Virus record (IMG/VR): IMGVR_UViG_3300031576_000981
Coordinates: 1-24,543 of that record
Strand: one strand, 5' to 3'
Length of the DNA: 24,543 nucleotides
Origin: a virus
Position 1 is the stretch's first letter; each line of letters starts with the position of its first letter. Shown piece after piece: positions 12,187-18,150 of this stretch. The notes beneath the pieces were generated by a model. The model worked only from the letters and a program-made list of their open reading frames with translations. It searched no databases and was not told the DNA's origin. The translations under genes were made by a program, and so were the position numbers.

Positions 12187-13091
12187 TACGTCTTGGAGGC
12201 GCGGATCGAGATGAGCACGCGCGTGACGGTGGCGACCGAGTCCACGTTGAAGGCCAGGATGTCCCCGGCGGCGACGGCCGTCGTCCACGTGCCCAGCGCC
12301 AGGTCCTGGTTCTTCTGCGCGGCGGTGAGCGTGGGCTTCTCCGATCCGGCGATGGTGTCGGCGACGGTGGGCGGGAAGTTGGCGTAGGTGTCCTTCCACA
12401 CGTCTACGACGATGGAGCCGGACTGATCGGCGAGGATGGTCCAGCCGCTGATGGTACAGGCGAAGGGGATTTCCAGGTGTCCCTTCTGGCCGGTGGTGAT
12501 GGCTGAGCCGCCGCCGTCTATGATGAACTCCAGCGCGACGGCGGTGAAGACGGCGCCGTTGAGACCGTCGAGCAGGTCGGCGTCGAGGCCCGAGCCGGCG
12601 CCGTCGTCGTCGAGGATCTCGGTCAGGGCAGCGCCGTCCTGGAGCATGGCGGCGGTGACGAAGTCGGCGGGGATCATGTGGGCGTGGTCGCGGTGGGCGA
12701 AGATGAGCGACGTGCCGGGGGCGGGGGCGGCGGAGATGTTGGCGGGGTTGGTCGCGTCGAGGGCGGTCTTCCAGGAGGGGCGGAGCTCGGCGTTGTCCAC
12801 GCCGAGCACGTTACGCACGCTGGCGGCCGGGATGGAGATGGCCAGGCGCGACCATTTGGGCGTGACGTTGCCGATGATCGTGTCGCCGTCCACGACGGAC
12901 CCGGCGAGGGTGTCGGTGTGGTTTACGCCGTCGAGGAGGGCGTTGGTCGTTCCGCCGGAGAGGGCGATCTCTGTCCCGGCGTCGTCCTTGTAATAGAAGC
13001 GCCCATCGCTCTTGACGTAGAACACGACCAGGTTGGCGGTGGGCGTGGCGGGAGCGGCGGAAACTTCGGTGAGGTTGAATTGGCTGGGCAT
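12186..13091 (-). CDS. Tail fibre protein (301 aa)
   Basis: NALLDGVNHTD, HRDHAH and SGLDADLLDGLNG segments are typical of phage fibre shafts/collars. Position follows the spike-like gene. Confidence 0.65.
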   Translation of the reverse strand: MPSQFNLTEVSAAPATPTANLVVFYVKSDGRFYYKDDAGTEIALSGGTTNALLDGVNHTDTLAGSVVDGDTIIGNVTPKWSRLAISIPAASVRNVLGVDNAELRPSWKTALDATNPANISAAPAPGTSLIFAHRDHAHMIPADFVTAAMLQDGAALTEILDDDGAGSGLDADLLDGLNGAVFTAVALEFIIDGGGSAITTGQKGHLEIPFACTISGWTILADQSGSIVVDVWKDTYANFPPTVADTIAGSEKPTLTAAQKNQDLALGTWTTAVAAGDILAFNVDSVATVTRVLISIRASKT

Positions 13092-13099
13092 GGGCTACT

Positions 13100-13516
13100 C
13101 TACTCGACGAACAGCCGGCCTACAATGTTGAGCGACCCGGCGATGCTGAGCGGGCCGCGCACGGTCATCGTGTGGCCGGCCGGGATGGTGAGAGAGTGAG
13201 CGGCGGGGACCTCGTCGCGCTGGAAGTAGTCCCAGCCGCCGACTGTGGCGTAGACGCCGAGGATCACCCCGTCGCCGGGGTCGTTCTCGTTGAACAGCAG
13301 CACGGCCACCTTGGCCAGGACGGCGAGCGTGGCCGGGTTGACCCAGTCGCCGACGTCGACCGTGACCTCGCCGTGCGAGCCGTCGAGCTGGACGTTGGCC
13401 TCCCAGGTCGTCGAGTTGAACGAGACGATCCGGCCGCGCCGCAGGCGCGGGCCGGGGCGCGCGCCGGGGGCCTGCTTGCTGGCGAGAGTCTGGTTTTCGA
13501 GGGCGAGGAGGCTCAT
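13100..13516 (-). CDS. Baseplate spike-like (gpV/gp45-type OB-fold) candidate (138 aa)
   Basis: GRIVSFNSTTWEANVQLDG...VTVDVGDW pattern, and position directly after the hub-like gene. Weak, motif-level call. Confidence 0.4.
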   Translation of the reverse strand: MSLLALENQTLASKQAPGARPGPRLRRGRIVSFNSTTWEANVQLDGSHGEVTVDVGDWVNPATLAVLAKVAVLLFNENDPGDGVILGVYATVGGWDYFQRDEVPAAHSLTIPAGHTMTVRGPLSIAGSLNIVGRLFVE

Positions 13517-13523
13517 GGGGATA

Positions 13524-13551
13524 GAGATTGGAGATTGGAGATTGGAGATTG
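13524..13551 (-). repeat. Heptamer tandem (CAATCTC)x4 in gene sense, ending 7 nt upstream of the ATG at 13516
   Basis: + strand gagattg x4, exact. Confidence 0.9.
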
Positions 13552-13574
13552 GACGCCTGAACTGCGGCGGGCGG

Positions 13575-15509
13575 TCAGGCGACGCCTCGGAGGGTGACGC
13601 GCTGGTAATATTTGCGGTCGCGCCGGGGGCCGTTGAGCTCCTCGACGAAGCCGAGCACGCGCCAGGGGCCGTTGTCGCCTTCCCAAAAATCTCCGAAGGC
13701 GAGCACGTCGCCGGGTTCGAGCGAGAGGGAGGGCGGGGCTTCGAAGAGTCCGGTGCGCTTCATCTCCTTGGCGAGCACCAGCCGGCTGGCGACGACGGCC
13801 AGGTTCTCGGCGGCGGAGGCGCGTTCCTCGCGGTGGGTGTTGGGCAGACGCCGCCCGGCGTCGGCCTCGGCGGCCTGGTCCAGACTCTCGACGGTGAAGG
13901 TTTCGTCCAGCCCGAAAATTATCAAATGATTCGGGGGCGCGCCGCGCCCGAACTTGCCGGGCCAGTAGGTGTGCTGGCCGGCGGCATAGCCATAGGTGTA
14001 CTGCGCTGCGGGCGCGGCGGTGGGGACGTAGCAGTAGAGCGATCCGTCTTCGTTGACGCGCGCGTCGAAGTTGCCGCGGGCGGACAGGGCCTTGAGCGCG
14101 GCCAGGGCGCTCGTGCCGATCTGGATGGCGAACGAGGCGAGCACGTCGTCCCAGGCGGCGGCGGCGTCGAAGGTCACGGTGTGCACGCCGCACAGCGCGC
14201 AGACGAGCTCGACGAGCTTGTCCAGGCGCTCGCTGTCCCAGCGGAAGAGTTGATCGGCGCGCCAGATGGCGGCCAGCCCGAGCGCGTCCACGGCGCGCAC
14301 TTCGCACAGCAGGTCTTGCGACCCCCAGTGCCACGAGAGCAAATGGAACTGTCCCGCGCTGACGTAGTAGTCCGTCCCATTCACGTTGTAGCCGCGCTCG
14401 AGGGTGAGGAGCGCCAGCGGCTTGGGTTCGGTGATCGTCCCATCCTGGTTGTTGAGCGTGGCCTCGATCTCGGAGAAGTCGCCGAATGTATCCAACAGGT
14501 AATGGGTAAGGGACTTGTTCGTCCAGTAGGTTTGAGCGGCGGAGCGATAGATCAGGTTGCCGATGGCCATCCACACGTAGCCGGACATGGCGGCCAGGAT
14601 CACGAGGGGGGCGTTGGCGACCGCGCCGAGCGATTGGAAGTCCTCGAAGGCCTGGCCGTCGTCGGAGGCGGTGTAATGAGCCACGTCGTCGTCGGTGGCC
14701 CACTCGCGGTGGAGCGTTGCGCTCAGCCACCAGTAGCCGTTGATCCTGGCCTGGCTGAAGGAGAGCATGGTGATAGTCTGGTTCAGCCCGGCCATGCGGT
14801 ACCAGATGCGCGGCGACGACCAGGCGCCGGCGGCGGAGCGGGTGAGGAGCGCGAGCGCGTTGTAGCCGATGGAGGTGAAGTTGGCGGTGACGGCGATGAG
14901 CCAGCGGGAGTTGGCCGAGTCCCACGCGGCGGCCAGGCCGGCGATGGTGGTCGCGGCGAGGGCATTGGAGGCGGCGGCGGCCCAGGTGTCGGCGGCGGGG
15001 TTGTAGAGGCCCCAATACAGCACGCCGGCGATGCCCCAAAAGACTCCGGACTGGGCTGCGCCGCCGGAGACGCCGGCGATCGCGCCGGAGGCGTCGAGCG
15101 CGGCGGCGGGCGCGTAGGCGGCGGCCTCGACCGACCAGGTCTGCCCGCCATCGGCGGAGCGGCGATAGCGCAGCAGGTTGCCGGTCTTCTCCCACACGAG
15201 CACGACGTAGGTCCCGGTCCAGAACAGCGCGGCGTTGGTGTTGATCACGCCGCTGGCGACGAGGGCGGTCCAGGACGTCCAGTTGGCGGCGACGGTGGGG
15301 TCGGTGATGCGCTGCACGTCGATCGCCCCGCCGATGGCCCGGACGCGGACGATCTCGGTCCCGGTGTTGACGGCGGCGGAGAAGGCGGGCGCGCCGGCGT
15401 TGAAGGAAGCCGGATGGAGATGGCTGTTGTCGGCCAGGGTGGCGCGCATGAGGGCTGCGCCCGCTCCGGTTTTTTGGGCGGCGGTGAGGGCGGCGTCAAT
15501 GGTCTTCAT
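13575..15509 (-). CDS. Tail hub/baseplate-like structural protein with an N-terminal Asp-box (BNR) beta-propeller-like region (644 aa)
   Basis: Trimmed to the ATG at 15509. SADGGQTW is a perfect Asp-box (S-x-D-x-G-x-T-W) and TASDDGQAF is a second, weaker one. It is the largest tail gene and precedes the spike-like and fibre genes. Confidence 0.6.
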   Translation of the reverse strand: MKTIDAALTAAQKTGAGAALMRATLADNSHLHPASFNAGAPAFSAAVNTGTEIVRVRAIGGAIDVQRITDPTVAANWTSWTALVASGVINTNAALFWTGTYVVLVWEKTGNLLRYRRSADGGQTWSVEAAAYAPAAALDASGAIAGVSGGAAQSGVFWGIAGVLYWGLYNPAADTWAAAASNALAATTIAGLAAAWDSANSRWLIAVTANFTSIGYNALALLTRSAAGAWSSPRIWYRMAGLNQTITMLSFSQARINGYWWLSATLHREWATDDDVAHYTASDDGQAFEDFQSLGAVANAPLVILAAMSGYVWMAIGNLIYRSAAQTYWTNKSLTHYLLDTFGDFSEIEATLNNQDGTITEPKPLALLTLERGYNVNGTDYYVSAGQFHLLSWHWGSQDLLCEVRAVDALGLAAIWRADQLFRWDSERLDKLVELVCALCGVHTVTFDAAAAWDDVLASFAIQIGTSALAALKALSARGNFDARVNEDGSLYCYVPTAAPAAQYTYGYAAGQHTYWPGKFGRGAPPNHLIIFGLDETFTVESLDQAAEADAGRRLPNTHREERASAAENLAVVASRLVLAKEMKRTGLFEAPPSLSLEPGDVLAFGDFWEGDNGPWRVLGFVEELNGPRRDRKYYQRVTLRGVA

Positions 15510-15759
15510 CGGGCCGGAGCTCTTTGTACTTCGCGCGGGCGGCGTCGTGAGCCAGTTCGTCGGCGTGGGCGGTGAGCATGGCGGCGTGGCGGCGGAGGCG
15601 CGCATAGCGGGCGTGGGCGTTCACGGCGTCGGGATCGCGGTGGCCGCGGGCGTAGCGGCGTTCGTGGTAGATGCACTCGCGGGCGAGGAGCTTGAGCGCG
15701 GTCGCGCCGTCGGCGAGGGCGGGGAGCAGGTCACGGGCCGTGGGGGCTGAGGGCGCCAT
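15496..15759 (-). CDS. Hypothetical protein (87 aa)
   Basis: ATG at 15759. High GC3 by hand count. 14-nt overlap with the downstream gene. Confidence 0.5.
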   Translation of the reverse strand: MAPSAPTARDLLPALADGATALKLLARECIYHERRYARGHRDPDAVNAHARYARLRRHAAMLTAHADELAHDAARAKYKELRPDEDH

Positions 15760-15767
15760 GTGAAGTG

Positions 15768-15799
15768 GGGCGGGGCGGCGGGAGCGCGCCGCCCCGCCC
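15768..15799. other. 13-bp-stem GC hairpin between the holin-like gene and the next gene
   Basis: GGGCGGGGCGGCG-N6-CGCCGCCCCGCCC. No adjacent U-run on the - strand. Confidence 0.6.
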
Positions 15800-15847
15800 A
15801 AAGGAGGAGCTGGCCGCCAGTCGGAGGGGGAGCCAGCGGTCAGCCAA

Positions 15848-16186
15848 TCAGTTGCGCCGGACGCGCGGCATCTCGGCGGTGGGTGCGGAAGGGCGCAAGA
15901 GCGGGGCAGACCCGTTTTTCTTGGCCAGGGCTTCGTGGAGCAGCACCGCGCCGCCGCCCAGCAAGACGCCGGTGAAAATGTAGCCGACGAACTGGGGCAC
16001 GTCGGCCAGGCCGGGCATGAAGGCGAAGGCGTTGAGCTTGCCGGGGACGGCGACGGCCAGCCCGAACGCGAGCGCGATGTAGCGTTGATAGTTCTTGTTC
16101 CACTGCGGATGCGCTTCGAAGATCGGCGCGGCGAGATATTCAACGGCGCTTTGGATCAGAACAGCGAGAGCGAGCAGGCCTTCCAT
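15848..16186 (-). CDS. Holin-like membrane protein (112 aa, about 3 TM)
   Basis: Trimmed to the ATG at 16186 behind AAAGGA. Three hydrophobic segments and a charged C-terminal tail. GVLLGGGAVLLHEAL resembles holin TM3 motifs. Confidence 0.55.
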   Translation of the reverse strand: MEGLLALAVLIQSAVEYLAAPIFEAHPQWNKNYQRYIALAFGLAVAVPGKLNAFAFMPGLADVPQFVGYIFTGVLLGGGAVLLHEALAKKNGSAPLLRPSAPTAEMPRVRRN

Positions 16187-16203
16187 ATTGAATGTCCTTT
16201 CTG

Positions 16204-16231
16204 TGGCAGATTTCAGATGGCAGATTTCAAT
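16204..16231 (-). repeat. 14-bp tandem in gene sense, (TGAAATCTGCCA)-type x2, upstream of the holin-like gene
   Basis: + strand tggcagatttcaga / tggcagatttcaat. Confidence 0.85.
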
Positions 16232-16244
16232 GGATTGTACTCTG

Positions 16245-16925
16245 TTATGGGTTGGACGTGTCCCACTTGTCGAGCCTCCAACCCTGGTCGGCCCAGGGCT
16301 TGCCGGAGCGGGCGGACTGGGCGCGCAGCGTTTCGAGCCAGGCGTTGAACTCGACGAGCCGGGCCGCGCCCCAGGTCTGCAAGGTCTTGGTCTCGTCGGG
16401 GTCAATGTGGACCTGGCCGACCTGATCGACGGTTTCGCTGAGCGCGGCGTAGGCGGCGGCGCCGGTGACCAGGCCCGATTCGTGGTCGGGGCGCACGGTG
16501 GTGATCGCCCCGGAGTCGAGGTTCTGAATGGTGTGGAGCAGGCTGTACCACAGGCGGAGCTCGTCGTTGAGCTGGGGCTGGTCGTTGTCGGCGGTGTCGA
16601 GGAAGAGGACCGGGCTGCCCAGGTCCCACCACAGTCTGAAGCCGCCCACGCGGTTGGGGGGCCAGGTCTCTTCGGCGGGGGTGGAGTCGTAGGGCCACCA
16701 GACTTCGGAGACGTCGAGCAGCCCGGTGAGGGCGCTGAGCGCGATCTCGCGCCCGTCGCCGGGGAGGGTGATAACGGTCTCGGTCGTGTTGGGATGGACG
16801 CGGCTGTAGTCGTGCAGCGCGGTCAGGAGGGCCTCGTCGAGCGTGGTTGTGGACCAGACGGCGTTGGAGGCGTCCACCAGGCGGGCGGCGATGCGAGTGC
16901 GGAACTGGGCGAGGGTTGAAGGCAT
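16245..16925 (-). CDS. Virion structural protein, head-tail adaptor candidate by position (226 aa)
   Basis: ATG at 16925, with no SD; the octamer array abuts the start codon. No motif recognised. Confidence 0.55.
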   Translation of the reverse strand: MPSTLAQFRTRIAARLVDASNAVWSTTTLDEALLTALHDYSRVHPNTTETVITLPGDGREIALSALTGLLDVSEVWWPYDSTPAEETWPPNRVGGFRLWWDLGSPVLFLDTADNDQPQLNDELRLWYSLLHTIQNLDSGAITTVRPDHESGLVTGAAAYAALSETVDQVGQVHIDPDETKTLQTWGAARLVEFNAWLETLRAQSARSGKPWADQGWRLDKWDTSNP

Positions 16926-16973
16926 TGGGTCAGTGGGTCAGTGGGTCAGTGAGTCAGTGAGTCAGTGAGTCAA
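16926..16973 (-). repeat. Octamer tandem array x6, filling the whole intergenic spacer
   Basis: + strand tgggtcag x3, then tgagtcag x2, then tgagtcaa. In gene sense this reads TGACTCAC x3 / TGACCCAC x3. Confidence 0.9.
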
Positions 16974-17269
16974 TCGTCGTTGGGCAGGCCATCGTCGATC
17001 TTGGGATTGAAGGCGAGCCTGGCCGGGTCGAGCGGCGGGAGGACGCGCCTGCCTTCGGCGCGCAGTCGGGCGCGCGCGGCTTTGGGATGGTCGAGCTCTT
17101 CTTCGGTGAAGACGAACTTCTGTCCCTGGTTGACGACGATGGCGAGATCGCCGTTGTCTTTGACGCGGTGCGCGAGCACGTCCTCCGGCTTGACGCCGAG
17201 GATGTGGCAGGCGGTCAGCAGCGGCGCGGGCAGGCGGTCGGTGAGGGGGAGGGGCGCTTTCTTGGGCAT
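16970..17269 (-). CDS. Hypothetical late protein (99 aa)
   Basis: Trimmed from the TTG at 17290 to the ATG at 17269, with GGAG 5 nt upstream. Confidence 0.55.
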   Translation of the reverse strand: MPKKAPLPLTDRLPAPLLTACHILGVKPEDVLAHRVKDNGDLAIVVNQGQKFVFTEEELDHPKAARARLRAEGRRVLPPLDPARLAFNPKIDDGLPNDD

Positions 17270-17283
17270 GAGGGCTCCGGGGC

Positions 17284-17319
17284 GGGGCAAGACAGCGCGG
17301 ATCCTCGCCGTCTTGCCCC
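17284..17319. other. Hairpin GGGGCAAGAC-N16-GTCTTGCCCC between late genes
   Basis: Perfect 10-bp stem. The loop contains GGATCC. Confidence 0.6.
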
Positions 17320-17354
17320 GCGTTAGGGGGTGGTTTTTAGTGGGTGGTCATCCT

Positions 17355-18035
17355 CTACAGCCGCAGGTTGAAGTTGGCGCGCGCGCCGTAGATGTCGAAG
17401 AGGCTGGTGAGAGCCGCGTCGATGGTGAGTTCGACGTAGACCTCGTCGTCGTCGTCCAGCCACAAGGGCGTCGTGATCGTGAGCGTCATTTTGTGTTGAT
17501 CGAGGGTCAGGCGCTCGGCGGCGGTGTCGTGGCCGGCGTCGTAGGTGAAGGCCGGCGCGGCGACGGCGCCAAAGGCGACGGTGTTGGCAGGCAGGGTGGC
17601 GCGGGTGACGAGCGCAGTCACGGCGTCCATGGCGGCGGTGGTGACGTCGTACCAGATGTCAATCGTCTTGAGGTATCCGCCTTTCTGTGCGACGGAGTTC
17701 TGCGGGATGGCGATGGGGATGACCAGGATCGCGGTGGCGTCGGCGGCGGAGCGGCGCTGCATGTAGGTATTGGCGACGCCGCCCACGGTGTCGGTCCAGG
17801 TGCCAGCGGTCTTGAGGATGTCGCTGGGTGGGATAAACTGACTCATGGCGGTGTCGTAGACGTAGCCGCCGAGTTCGGGGCCGAAGCGGTTGGAGATGGC
17901 AAACCAGCGTCTGAGGCCGGCAAGGGTGAGCTGGCCGCTGGCGGCGGCCTGGACGAGCGCGATCAGGATCGCGCCGAGCACGAGCGCGGCCAGGGCGAGG
18001 GTGGTGTAGAAGTAAGCGTTGCTGAAGGCGTTCAT
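17355..18035 (-). CDS. Virion-associated protein with an N-terminal hydrophobic helix (226 aa)
   Basis: Sits directly downstream of the capsid ORF. The remainder is beta-rich. No family recognised. Confidence 0.55.
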   Translation of the reverse strand: MNAFSNAYFYTTLALAALVLGAILIALVQAAASGQLTLAGLRRWFAISNRFGPELGGYVYDTAMSQFIPPSDILKTAGTWTDTVGGVANTYMQRRSAADATAILVIPIAIPQNSVAQKGGYLKTIDIWYDVTTAAMDAVTALVTRATLPANTVAFGAVAAPAFTYDAGHDTAAERLTLDQHKMTLTITTPLWLDDDDEVYVELTIDAALTSLFDIYGARANFNLRL

Positions 18036-18080
18036 GGTTCCTGCTTTCTTTCCTGCCCCGTGGGGGCCGGGCTACTAGGA

Positions 18081-18108
18081 ATTGCAGATTTGAGATTGCA
18101 GATTGGGC
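18081..18108 (-). repeat. 14-bp tandem in gene sense, CAATCTGCAATCTCAAATCTGCAAT
   Basis: + strand attgcagatttgag / attgcagattgggc. Confidence 0.85.
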
Positions 18109-18143
18109 CGGGCGGGCTTCGACGAGCACAGCCTGCCCGGCCC
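18105..18143 (-). other. Stem-loop 8 nt after the capsid ORF stop (9-bp stem)
   Basis: GGGCCGGGC-N21-GCCCGGCCC. No U-run follows, so it may be an attenuator or a processing/stability element rather than a classical terminator. Confidence 0.45.
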
Positions 18144-18150
18144 TCTGCAA

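Noticed and set aside
9886-13091. Diversity-generating retroelement acting on the fibre or receptor-binding genes
   Set aside because: No reverse transcriptase ORF exists anywhere in the window, and I could not find a template/variable repeat pair differing at adenines. The three domains of 10224..11438 are divergent paralogues at protein level only.
13290-15575. Very long + strand ORFs antisense to the late genes (e.g. 13290..15575 at 761 aa, 16965..18221, 18577..19671, 19681..20418, 20622..21335, 22153..22824), and Arg/Pro-rich alternative - frames (13513..15195, 18260..19021, 20467..21213)
   Set aside because: These are typical high-G+C shadow ORFs. Their translations are Gly/Arg/Ala/Pro-rich low-complexity sequence without motifs. 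Each overlaps a frame with recognisable phage protein sequence and tight operon structure.
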